From Lophium mytilinum (Eukaryota): a stretch of 64,000 nt of DNA. The stretch is taken from contig MU004202.1 in the NCBI GenBank assembly GCA_010093605.1, forward strand, positions 383,560 to 447,559, in the 5' to 3' direction. The notes below the pieces were generated by a model that saw only the letters and a list, made by a program, of their open reading frames with translations, ran no database searches and was not told the DNA's origin. Of this stretch, positions 36,401 through 48,254 are shown one piece after another; the first letter of the stretch is position 1; the number at the start of each line of letters is the position of its first letter. The position numbers were made by a program, and so were the translations under genes.

Positions 36401-37794
36401 AGGGAGAGGAGTGGTCGCTGAAGGACATCGAAGACAGCTTGTCTTACTATCGTATCTGGATTCACGTACTTGATTTTGACAGTCTCCCCGAGCTACCAGT
36501 CGAGGAGCCGCCAAAAGAACCGGAAACCACACAGCCTGTCCCAGAAGCCTCTACTCAACCTGAAGTCCCATCCGAGCCGGTTGTTGAAGAAATCCCACCA
36601 CCGACCGAGGAGACTGTCACCCCGGCAGAGCTTCCTGTGGCGCCTGTGCCAGAGGCTATTCCTGAATCGGAGGATACGCCGATGAGCGAGCCTGACGAGC
36701 CCGAACCGGAACCAGCGCCAGAGGAACCGCCCGTCGTCCCGGTAGTCGAAGAAACGCACCCAGACGAGGTCATGGAAATTGAGGCTGCTATCCATGCTTC
36801 TCTTACAGAAGCAACCGCTACAGAGCCTCCTGCAGTAGAAGTCGTGATCCCGATTCCACCTCCGCCAACAGACACCGAGATGGGCGGAACCGACGCGCTG
36901 CCACCACCTCCCCCGCCGGCTGAGTTCACGCAACCACCACCACCTCCACCTCCAGCGCCCGATGAAATCTACTTCTTCCTCAAATTCTTCGACGCCGAGG
37001 CCCAAACCCTCACACCCCGCGGCTCGCACATCGCGGTAAAATCCGCCCGCGTCGACCAAACAATCCTCTCCCTCCTCTCCCTCCCCACCGATACCTCCCT
37101 CGAGCTCCACGAAGAGCAAGAACTAACAACAACCCACTCCCTCCGCCTCCGGCGCTCCTTTGCCCAAAACGACCTCCACAACACCGCCATCATTATCGCC
37201 ACGGTGCCGCTAACCGAAGACCAGCGCGCCGCGCTCGCCACCCGCGCCGCCTTCGCCGACCCCCAGGCCTACCTCGTCCACCGCGCCCTGCTGCGCAACT
37301 CCCCCCACAAAGCCACAGGCCACTTCACCCTCAACTACTTCTCGGCGCAGATGTACAAGGGCGACCTCGTCGCCGGCCACAAGCACGGCCACGGCACGCG
37401 CATCTACCACACGGGCGCCGTGTACAGCGGCAGCTTCCGCCTCGGGCTGCGCCACGGGCACGGGCTGTTCACGTACCAGAACGGGGATACGTACGACGGC
37501 GACTGGGTGGCTGGGCAGCAGCATGGCACGGGGACGTTTGTGGAGGCGAGTAGCGGGAATACGTATGTGGGCGGGTGGAAGAACGATAAGAGGTTTGGGG
37601 AGGGGGTGACGCATTGGAAGGTTGCGCAGGAGACGGAGAGGTTGTGTCGGATTTGCTGGGAGGAGGGGGCTGAGGCGGCGTTTTATGATTGTGGGCATGT
37701 GGTGGCGTGTTTGGGGTGTGCAAGGAGGGTGGATCATTGCCCGGTTTGTAGGCGGAGGGTGTTGGCGGCGATGAAGTTGTTTTATGTGAGTTGA
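33474..37794 (+). CDS. MATH + degenerate UCH/USP-like + MORN repeats + C-terminal C3HC4 RING protein
   Basis: Intron ~34267-34315. MATH (VGGYDWQIKFYPKGNDSDYLSVY...HRF...DWGW), USP-like middle region, MORN repeats (YSGSFRLGLRHGHG, YDGDWVAGQQHGTG), RING CRICWEE...CGHVVACLGCARRVDHCPVCR. Confidence 0.9.
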
Positions 37795-38790
37795 GGGGTG
37801 GTGAGCGGGAGCGAGCTAAAAGGGATGTTGGGGGGAGGTGTTGGGGATGTGAGAGGGGGCGGTTGACTATGATCCCGAAAGCAAATTGGAGTATTATGAT
37901 CTCTTTGGTAAAGTTTGTACCAGGTTGTCTTTTTTTCGGGGGCTTTTTGGAGCACGGGATTTTGGGAGCTTGGGTGCTAGGGTGCGGTGCATAGGGAAGC
38001 CGAGGAAGCGAGTTTGTGAGTATGTAGAACCATGACTTTTTTTCTCCTCTTTTGCTGTTATTTCGGGTCGTGGGGTTTGGGGGTGGAGTCTGTAGCAGAT
38101 TAGCTTGATGATGAAGTGGTTACATATTCAACTCGTTTTTTCAGAGAGGCTTTGGGAATTTTGGTGCGTGTACGTGTGATGAGACTTGATAACATACTTC
38201 GTCGTTTAGTTTCGTCTAGATGTGGCATGGCGACGGTGAGGATGGGTTTGTAGCCCGCCTTCAAACATACAGAGCAGGTAGAAGCATCGAGGAATGATGC
38301 GAGTCACGTGACTAATCTAGGGATTCATCTCGTCTTCGCCGGGAGGGGAAGGTCTTGGCCACATACCCTGGTCGGTGTTGAGGACAGTCACATTCCTGCT
38401 GCGCCAATAAGCTTTAAAGTGAGGCTGAAAGAAACGCGCGCTGGGTGGGACAAAGCGGGGCCGGGCCATCGCCGGCTGGGTTAAAGTGGAGACGTTTTGC
38501 TATATTCTATAGAACAGGTAATCTAAAGAACGACTAGAGTACAGGCTTTTAAAAGACGCGGCTACAAAGCATTACTACTACTTAGTATAGCTCCCGGAGG
38601 AGGTAGTTAGTAGTTGGTGGGTGACTAAGCCATACTAGCAACTGCGTCATCGATAGGCCGCGACATCCGATCGTCCCCGTCCTACCATCAAGCCTGCCGT
38701 ATCATGGACCTTTCCTTTTCCTTGCCTCAACTGCGACTCCAACCAACACCTGCCCGTTTTATATCTTGCCGTGGTCTCCGTTCTTGAACC

Positions 38791-40648
38791 ATGATCCGTC
38801 CTTTTGGCCGCCGGTCGTGTAGAAATGTCTCGGTGGTGCTGATCTTCAGCGCGATCGTCGCTCTCTTTTTTGTTAAGATGTCGCCGCTCTCAAACCCGCT
38901 CCCTTCGTACTCCGGCGAGCATCAGGTGGGGATTATCGATGTAGAGGCGGATTGCGAAACGCGGGTGCTGCATCCTGCGGTGTTTAGGGAGGGTGGGGAG
39001 GTGGCGTTGAAGGTTCGTCTCCAATTCATCCTCTATATCATGCCATCTTCATATTCCTCTTCATAAACTATCCACGTGACTTTCTTCACTTTTGCAACAG
39101 AACCTCCAAAATATCTCTCGTTTTCATATGAACGAATCAGTACTAACCACCTCCAATAGCTCGAATCCGTCTTCTTCACCCTCTTCTACCCCGCAACCCC
39201 CAACCCCATCCACTCGCCACCAAACCACTACTGGGTCCCACGCCCCCTCTCCCTCACCGCCGCCGGCTACGCCCATCTCGCGCATGTCTCCTCCTCCCTC
39301 CTACGCCGCGTCTTCACCTTCGGCCTATGGCTCTTCGCCGGCGCCACCACCATCCCCGCGCACGCCGACGCCGCGCTTCTCTCCCGCCTCGAGCACGAGC
39401 TCGGCGGCCTGCGAGACGGATCCGCAGCCGGGCGCCCAAGTCTTTCGCTGCTCGCGTACGGGGCAGGGCTCCCGGTAGTCGTGTTCTCGCATGGTATGGC
39501 GGGCATGCGGACGAGCTACTCGCATTACTGTGGAGAGTTGGCGAGTCGCGGGTTTGTGGTGGCGGCGATTGAGCATAGGGATGGGAGTGGGCCCGGGAGT
39601 GTGGTGATGAAGGGGGAGGGTGGGGAGAGGGATATTGTGCATTTTGATAGGGAGGATGTTGTGTATGTTTCCCCTTCCCCGTTCGGCGCTTATTGTAACG
39701 CGTATTTGAGAGGGTTGGTGGGTTGGAGCTAATTGTGTTTGTAGGTCTGATCCACCGATAACTTTTGAGGAGTTTAAAGCTGCGCAACTCGCGTTCCGGG
39801 AGGCGGAGGTCGAGGAGACGATTCGGGTGCTACGCGCGATTAATGAAGGAGAAGGCGAGCGGGTGCTTCAGGAGAATCCAAGAGCGGAGGGTCGGGGATT
39901 CGCGGACTGGGAAGGGCGATTGGATACGGACAGTGTGACGATGGCAGGACATTCGTATGGCGCTACGCTTGCTGTGAGTGCCCCCGAGACTCTTCCATAT
40001 CCATACGAAGATCAATTATCTAACTTTCAACAACAGCTCCAAACCCTCCGCGACGCGCCCTCCAAGAACCTACCCATTCGATCCGCAATCATGTTCGACC
40101 CGTAAGTTCACTTCCTCGCCCCACGGTCCTTAAAACGCGCGGAGCTCTAACAAGTCTCGTCATCCAGAGGAAAGGAATCGGGCCCCCTAAATTCCCTCAT
40201 CACCGTCCCCACCCTGATCATCAACTCCGGCTCCTGGACCTCCTCCCCGGCCTCCTTCTACGGCCGCCCGCACTTCGCCGTCGTCAAAGCCGTCGCGCAG
40301 TCCGTCCTCGACCGCGGCGTCCATGCCTGGTTCCTCACGCTGCTGCACACCGCCCACCCCTCCATCACCGACGCGCCCATCTTGCAGCCCCTCCTCTTCC
40401 GCCTAGTGACGGGGACGCGGTTGAATGAGCGGCTGGCGCTGGACGCGTATGTGGGGGTGAGTTATGATTTTCTGCGGTTTGTGAGGGATGGAGGTAGGAG
40501 GGGCGTGTTGGGGAGTGGGGTGACGAGCGAGGATGGGCCGTTGGGGAAGGTGGGGGAGAGGGGGGTCGATGAGAGTGGGTTGTGGGAGGTGCATGTTGCG
40601 CCGGAGGTGGAGGAGGAGGAGGGGGGGGAAGAATGGATCGAAACGTGA
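38791..40648 (+). CDS. PAF-acetylhydrolase-like (group VII PLA2) serine hydrolase
   Basis: N-terminal hydrophobic segment, LPSYSGEHQVG, VVFSHGMAGMRTSYS, LASRGFVVAAIEHRDGSG, nucleophile GHSYG, FDP and TAHPSITD. Several introns. Confidence 0.88.
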
Positions 40649-41284
40649 AGAAAGGGGGGGTTTAGATGTAATGTATATTATATTTGGTTATGATGGGACG
40701 AATTGTGAGCAGGGCGGTGGAAAGGGAGGGCGATGAGGTGCGCGCCGCGGCCTTCATATACTAACTGCCGCAGTTCGATCGGGGAGTGTTTGTATATGTC
40801 TGGCCGCTACGTCGGCGTTTTGTAACCACGACGCGGACACCCACTGCTGCTACCAACCCGCCTCTCGCGCACTCAACCTCGTGACATTCCCACCCTCCCT
40901 CTATAGAATCATCACACAGTTCGCATTGGCCCGCAAAGCCCTCTCTGCCCCCTTTAAGCACAACTTCTCACGGATCCAACCGCCTGAAACCACTTTCCTG
41001 GACGCAGCGTGTCCGCACCGCACATCTTCTAGTTGTTTCCTAGCCCTCATGTCGTCTTCCAAGAGCAAATAACCCCAGAATCAGCCGCGTGAGGAATGGA
41101 GTTATAGATGTCGTGGAGACGCGGGGTGGGACGGGGTGTAGTTACTTTCTAGCACTTGTTGGGTCTTTGAAAAGCACGTGTTTACGGAATTGACGGCGTG
41201 AGGAAGGGTTGGGGTTGCATGAGTTGGGTTGTGCTGGGGATGTTTTTGTTGGAGGAGAGGGATGGGGGGTCTAGCGCTGTATAG

Positions 41285-41400
41285 CTTTACAGCTTCATAT
41301 TTTTATACCTTCTTACTGTCTTGACTTCTTACCTTCTTACATTTTTAGCGTCTTGTCTTCTCATCTTTTCACCTGCACAGCTTCTTACCTTCTCACCTTT
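41285..41400. repeat. Degenerate pyrimidine-rich ~8-mer repeat (cttcttac-like)
   Basis: Multiple imperfect copies of cttcttac/cttctcac in an intergenic region. Confidence 0.5.
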
Positions 41401-42050
41401 AGACGAAGCTTATGTAGTTTCTTAGTCACGTGCTCATCTCTCACCATTCTCAGACCTTTAAATAACGTCAGCGATAAAACGAGATTGCATCAAAACACTC
41501 AAGCCAGAGGCGTATGGAAGCTGCCTTAAGTGACGTTGAGCTCGTAATCATGTTTAGTCTTGTAGAAGGGTGAGCCTTGCGGTAAGGGTGTGGGGGCGGA
41601 TTCGTGGGCGCTTATATACTGGGCAGCGTTTCAGATGATATTTCCAGCACCAACCATCTTCAGGCTAGCCTTGCCAACTCACAGCATGTCACCGAATTGA
41701 CCTATTATCCTCTCTATGCGCCGGCTGCAAGGCTGCGGCGTTGCGAAACGGTGTGTCGGATTAGGCGATATCGGGATGAGGGTACATAAGGGAAGTGGAT
41801 GACGAGTATACCCATAGAGGGGGCATATTCCCAGCCGCCATCGATTTCCAGGAGATTAACACCCGGCTAGTTCCTTCGATGTTTGTGTGCGTGTAGAGGC
41901 GCGTTTCTCGCCAAATTCTTCCAACCTATCCACCTCCCGCCGCATCAAAGACAGAATCCACGCAACGCGCCCGGACGTCCCCAAATTGACCCTCCTCATT
42001 ATCGACCTGCTACCCCAGCTCCACCGTCCCATCCTCGCACATGCCCCAAA

Positions 42051-42391
42051 ATGGCCCAGCAATGGTACCCCGTCCCCTCCCCCTTCCTCCCCCCTACTAA
42101 CACCCCAGGCCAATCTCCCAACAAGATCTCCAAAGAGTTGAGAACTACTACGATCCCCGCAATCTCCCGTCGGTACGACCAGAGAACTACGAGCTCTACC
42201 TGCAGGCGATGTATGCCAGACGTATGAAAGCGGAGGCAGCCGCCGCCGCTGCAAAAGCGCGCGAGATGTATGCGCAGAAGTGGATAGAGCACCAGAAGGC
42301 TTTGTTGGTGTTTAATCAGCAGCAGGCGCAGCAGCGAGCGCAGGCGGGGTCGTCGGATGACGACTGTTGTGGGTGTTGCGCGGTTATGTGA
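42051..42391 (+). CDS. Small (98 aa) protein ending in a CCGCCAVM CAAX/palmitoylation-type tail
   Basis: aaaATGg start. 44-nt intron 42065-42108 (gtaccc...ctaac...cag). Spliced product MAQQWPISQQDLQRVENYYDPRNL...QAGSSDDDCCGCCAVM. Confidence 0.72.
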
Positions 42392-42856
42392 GATGGGTAG
42401 CTTTGGCTAGGGGGTGGGGTGGGGGACGAAGGTGGATGGTTTTGGTTCTGGAGGGCTAATTGAAGGGATTTGAGTATTAGGATAGAGCGAAGGTAGAACT
42501 CGGAAGAAGAGATGGAGCGATGAGATCACTTTGGCATTGGATTTCTGGCGCTTTTCGAGGAACGTAATGAGATAGGGAGACGATGTGATAATTTACGGTT
42601 TTACGTCGCACTTCATCTACCAGCAGTATTTCGGGATGGGGAATAACTTCGTTTCGTAGTGTAAACATTTCAAACTACCTTCGATCGACAAATATGCGAA
42701 CATTGGCAATTATTGGTGAACGACGGAGAGATTTTCTGGCGGATGGTGGCACAGCAGAGGATTAATCCGTCGTGCACGTCCCAGCCCTTTTCTAGGCAAT
42801 CTTCGCTCACCTCTAAACTCTTCTGTTTTCTCCTTTCTATCATCAGTCCCGCCAAC

Positions 42857-44853
42857 ATGATAGTGCGACTCCAATGGCTACGTCAAACTCCACACGCAAC
42901 GCGAGTCGCTGTTAGAGCCATCAATACGGCTGCCTCAATACCGCGACTCCCAAAGGAGACCCAATTACGTACGGCTCATCCCTACTCCAAACGAACGCGC
43001 TAACCTCCATCTCCGAACTAGCCACAGGTCCAGATCCATATGCCTACACTAGCGACCGCTGGCTCCATCGTGACGATATCCAACGTAAAGCGCGGCATGT
43101 CGCGTTTGATTTTGTCGCGCTGTGCGCCAAGGCCGTCAAAGCATGTGGAGACCGCGCAACGAGGGTGGTGAGGTACGAGAAGAAAGAGAGGGGGTTCAAT
43201 CGAGTATTCATTTTAGAGATGGATAGTGGGAGGAAGGTGGTTGCGAAAGTGCCGTTTGGGATTGCGGGGCCGAGGAGGTTGATTACGAGCTCTGAGGTTG
43301 CGACGATGGAGTATGGTACGTACTATCGGAAGTAACATATAACTCACAAGGAACAAAAGCATCCGTGAGATTCTCGGCTCTTACTGACCCGCTACAGTAC
43401 GGCAGAACACAAGTTTACCAATTCCGAAAGTTCTGGACTGGAGCGATGGCCATGAGATTGGGACTGAGTATATCATCATGGACCACGCGCCTGGTGTCTC
43501 ATTGCACAGCAGATGGCCCGATTTGAGTATGCCTGAGCGTAAGCTTTGCGCTCAGTTTTTGGTATTAAAGACGGAAACGATGAAGAAGTTGACGTTCCCG
43601 GCGTATGGGAGCATCTTCTTTGCTGATGCGCCGATTGATTCAGAGTCGAAGATAAAACTTTCAGATCGTTTCTGCGTTGGACCACACGTGGGTACGCGGT
43701 ATTGGGACTGCGATGCCGGAAGGCCCAGGTTCTATGAAGAGAGGCCCCCTGATAGAGGTCCTTGTATGTTGAATCATTTCTTTTTATTGATTGAACGCTA
43801 TACCTACAGTATTGGGAGTTGGCAGTGGCGAAATGAAGTTGAAAAGGCCACTTCACAGCTCGTATTAACAAATCTCACCTAGGGCATGATCTCGAGTCCT
43901 ACTGCACCGGTCTCGTCAACGCTGGCTTTTCCCGGATCCCAAAAGATGACGGTTCGTTGACATTTACGCATACACATTGGGACTCTAGGTCTATTCAAGA
44001 GCACAACCGTCTCATATATATCTCCACGAAGATTCTGGCAGAACTCATCAACCACCCCTCCATCCGATATTCCACTAGGCCAACTCTCTTCTATCTCGAT
44101 CTTCACAGATGCAATATTTTCGTGTCTGAAGACGATCCTACGCGAATAACCGCAATCATTGACTGGCAGTCCGCTGCCATTGAACCTCTATTCACCTCTC
44201 TGCCTGAAACACCCGTAATGGCTGAGGATTCAGTTGCGGACATCCCAGCATTGAAGATTCTAGAGGGACGGTCTCCGAAACATATTCTCTATTCACAACC
44301 AACTGGGCGGCTGCCAGTAGAGAGCCCAGAAGGGAAGCTAGCGAGAAGAAGATACAAGCTGGATGACTCATTTTTCCAGCCAATGTACGAGGCCCTCCTC
44401 CTCCATTGGGCGCTGCGCAAACGCGATGCGAGGAGAATTGACGGCACTCTCCTCCGGCTGTTCACTTCTTGCGCCAACGATAACACAGCAAGACTCCGGG
44501 AAGACCTCATCAACCTCTCCAACCGCTGGGAAGAACTTCAGCTAAACGGCTCATGTCCATACCAGCCCACACCAAAAGAGCTCGCCGAGCACGCCAAGAC
44601 GCTCCAAGATTTCAGAACCACCCAGCATCTGATAACGTCCCTCAAGCGCAATATAGGTGTAGACTCAGACGGTAGGATCCCTGCCGAGCACTATGAGGTC
44701 GTAAAAGCGGAGCACAGAATACTCTTCAAACATTTTGTGGAGCGCTTCGTCGAGGGTGGGGGTACTATTGATGAGGCCACGAGGCATTGGCCGTTTGATG
44801 AGGGCTGGCGTATGATTCTGGATGGCTGTTTTCCGGAGTGGGATGACTATTAG
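42857..44853 (+). CDS. AIM9-like / aminoglycoside phosphotransferase (APH) kinase-fold protein, possibly degenerate
   Basis: Arg-rich N-terminus (possible mitochondrial presequence). YTSDRWL, GFNRVF, SEVATMEY, LPIPKVLDW, EYIIM, PAYGSIF, DLHRCNIFV, IIDWQS. Three introns. Confidence 0.8.
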
Positions 44854-45631
44854 TATCGTCATGACGGTAGGGTGTTATAATCTCGTGTCTGCCTTGTGGG
44901 CTATCGTGCGAGCACGTGAAGTTTTTGCTGGTAGTATACGTGCTCTCTTCTTACTACACGTCCATATTTTTTACCACACGTGCTTGTTTTTACAACACAA
45001 GTGCAGCACGTGCGCCTCTGTTTCTAATCTTCCAGCCACCTATAAAGCCTTCCATGCACATCTCTTTACTAGAACGAAGGGGCGGACCTGGGTGCAGATG
45101 GAGAGTGCAAAACTTGGCGCTAACAAAGCGCGATGGCTGCGCGTGCGTATTTGTGCTCTTTCAAATAAGGCGTCGCAAACCGTGTTAAAGGAACTAAGAG
45201 TGGGTGGATTTAACGTCACCAAGGAACCTATTCATGGCAGTTGGTGTCCCTCAGGTGCCTGTTTGTAAGATGGCCCAACATCAAACCGGTCCCAGCGACC
45301 CTGATATCTCTGATGCGGCCTTTCTGGGATGCGATTTAGCGAGGTGATGTGCAAGAGCAGCTACAACCGCAGTGATGAGAATCTTCGCGCGACTGAAATG
45401 GCGCTGCTGGCATTCTCCGTGGGTTCGGGCTCTCACAGTCATGCCGGCTGTCCTGTAAAGCATGGGGAGAAGCATGCCGCGGAATGAAAGGCCGATCTTG
45501 TCACAGCGGGAGTACAAACGTTGCAGCACGAGAATTTCCAACACTCGATGAGGCCCAGGTACCCGGAAAAATAAGCGCAAACAGGTCTTTCTTTCAAGCG
45601 TCTAACCAACCTCATCCTCCATACGATAGGA

Positions 45632-46250
45632 ATGTCGTCGGAAAGATCGGAAAGACCGAGGATTGTGGTTGATGAGGTGGAAGAAATGGACGAGATGACT
45701 CCGGAGTTTTGGAGGATCAAACTGCTGCGGCTTGTAGGACTTGCGCCACGAAAAGAGAATCTCAGCCAAGGATTGAGGGTCTTAGAAGAAAAGCGTTAGA
45801 GGAGACTTTCTAAAAGCCGTTAAACGGGTAGCAAGGCGCTTTGCGGATGTAACGCGATCTATCAGCACGAGAACCTAACCGTCTGAATGGTTACAACGTC
45901 CTAGAAGAGTAATGCGCAAACTCCTAGCCTCTAAATTTCCGTTCAACAAGATTACTACCCCTCGATTTACCGCCCCTTCTAGTTAAGTGATACTCCGGTA
46001 GAGCATTATATTAGGATTAGTATCGAAGTTAGTTGATGTAGAGAAGCAGTTCCCTTTCCAGCGATTAAATATGGACATTACTGCAATTTCAACCCGCGCA
46101 GAGGAGGAGCTTACTAACGGATCTATATCGTCCTTTATCGGAAAGGAGTTAGAGGAGTAAGTTAGATAAGTGTGAGTCCTAAATCGGAGGCTATGCTAGA
46201 TCATTGAGGAGGTTCAGGGACGTGGGACATTGCATGTTGAACAGTGCGAA
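45632..46250 (+). pseudogene. Probable RIP-degraded ORF remnant
   Basis: Reads MSSERSERPRIVVDEVEEMDEMTPEFWRIKLLRL... then repeated in-frame TAG/TAA/TGA in TpA-rich sequence. Boundaries approximate, product unknown. Confidence 0.35.
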
Positions 46251-46324
46251 GGTCAAATCAGCTTTACATCAGGCAGAGGCACTTGTTGGAACAATCATTC
46301 CATTCTCTATCAAGCTAAAAGAAA

Positions 46325-46499
46325 TCCAGTGTCAATTCACTAGTCACAGAAGTTCCGGCGCCATTTCGCCAGATCAGAAAACACCTAGTGCAAGCCCACT
46401 AGGTTACGAAGAGATATTCCGGTGCTAATTCACCGGATCAAGAATACCTAGTGCAAGTTCACTAGATACGAGGCGGACACCTAGTGCCGATTCACTAGA
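46325..46499. repeat. Array of six hairpin/palindrome units, ~30-bp period (YCYRGYG-N6-CRCYRG)
   Basis: Left arms start at 46325, 46354, 46384, 46418, 46447 and 46480. Examples: cctagtg-caagcc-cactagg and tccggtg-ctaatt-caccgga. Confidence 0.82.
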
Positions 46500-46561
46500 T
46501 TCAAATGGCTCCCCAGTACAAACATGAGTGTCTTGTCTAGCTGAGGCCAAATCGTTTGAGA

Positions 46562-48254
46562 TCAGCCGCGGAAAGGTCGTCTTCTTCTTGAGCTTCTTTC
46601 GTTTCTGTCCTCGACAGTGAGTTCAGTACCGAGGGCTCTCTTCATTGTATTGGACTCTCCTAGAGTATGCTGTGTTTTGTTGATTTCGAAAGAGGCCCCG
46701 GAGCTGTCTTGTCGGCTGGGATTCTCAGCCGCTTTGGAGGAGGCCATTAGATCCCAACTTTGCTGCGGGGGCTGAAATCTCCCGATATTGAGGTCGCCAT
46801 GGAAATTGCCTCGTCCATGAGCTCGGGCGATATATGCTTGCTCGTCTGCTCGGCTGAGTCGACCGCCTCGGGCGCCTCGGGGTGCTCGGTTTCTGGCAGC
46901 TTGAACGGCGCGGGCTGTGTTAACAATTGCTAGATTGGCCGCGTATAGCTTGTAGTTCTCTGGATCGAACCAATCGGAGACGCAATCCCACGGTGTCAAC
47001 TCGTCTGCGTGATCGCATTTGTCTCCTTTGGGGCAAATCTTGGCTCTCACGAAAATGAGGTAGCATAAGCCACAGTCTGTCCAGCAGGTGGCTCCATACT
47101 TGCTTGGGTTGACGTAGGCAGTGTCTTTCTCGTTGTTTGGGCACCAACCATAGTCATTAGCCAAGTCATCTGCTGTCCGGCCCCAATAGATGCTCTCTCC
47201 TGCATTTGAATGTCCCGGGGGGTGCCAATGCTCGTCCATCATGTAATGAGGCTTGCCTGACTTATGGGCCTTCCATTCCCGAGGCTCGGTCTTCTTCGAA
47301 GAGGTTTAGGTCGTAGGCTTAACCTTCTTTAGAAGGTCTTAGGGTGGAGCTTAGGGTGGAGCTGGAGTAGCTGCAGAAGGTAGCCTAGTAAACCTGCTCT
47401 CCGCGAGTATCCGTATGCTTTGCGTCGGGTTGGAGGTCTCGGCCTTAATCTGTGATGTCTCGAGCTTTGAGGTCTCAGGCTTCGATTCGCGAGTCCGGGT
47501 CGAATCGGAACTGAGGTCCACTTTGCCTGGGCTCTCCTGCAGGACGTCCACGGCCTCATTTCCCATCGCTTGCTTCTGGCTCCCGTAAGCTTCCTCCACA
47601 CTCCTGTACTCCTCTTTGATCTTGTCCATCATCTCGGGGCACCACCGCAAGATGTCGTTCTCCAACTCTCCAGGGAGCGGAGGAATCTCGACCATTTCCT
47701 GGTTGGTCAAGCAAGGCTTGCGAAGTTGCCTGAGATTTGCATGCCACCTCAAAGCAAAGTCCATAGTAGCTTCCTCGTCCTGCGCGGCTACTCCTACAGC
47801 ACCAGGCACGTTAGCAAGCATCTAGATTGTAGGCGGAGCTCATCCGCTTACGTTCCGCTATAGTTATCTCTCGCAGAGGTAGTCTAACTCTATATAGCTC
47901 AGGGGTTCTATAGCGCTGGAGGCCTCTAGATCTAGCAGCTAGTTAATCTTAGGAGTATCCAAAGTCTTAATGCTAGGCTTATAGCTTCCTCCCACAAAAA
48001 CTAGAGTCCATCTAAGGCTGGCGATATCCCGGAGGCGGGCTATAGCTTGGAGGCTGGCTATAGCTTAAGGGCGGGCTATAGCCTCAAGGCGGGCCTTGTC
48101 TAGAAAGAGGCGGCTCTTAGTAGTAGTTCTCTTTGTAGTACTCTTCTAGAAGCTAGCTTTCTTGTCTTAGGTTGTAAATATTACCGTGGGTGTCTTGGTA
48201 GGTTTGTCTGTAGGTGCCGCCTGGCAGCAGGTTTGTTGAGCGATGCCCAGACAT
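46562..48254 (-). pseudogene. RIP-inactivated gene with GY(G/S)PP-type repeats and a degenerate CCCH-like zinc finger
   Basis: ATG 48254 and intron 47794-47851 (gtaagc...ctaac...tag). The frame is preserved, but I count 9 in-frame stops in exon 1 and 3 TAA stops at ~47306-47353, all explicable as C>T (CAA/CAG/CGA). CYLIFVRAKICPKGDKCDH in the 3' part. Confidence 0.8.
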
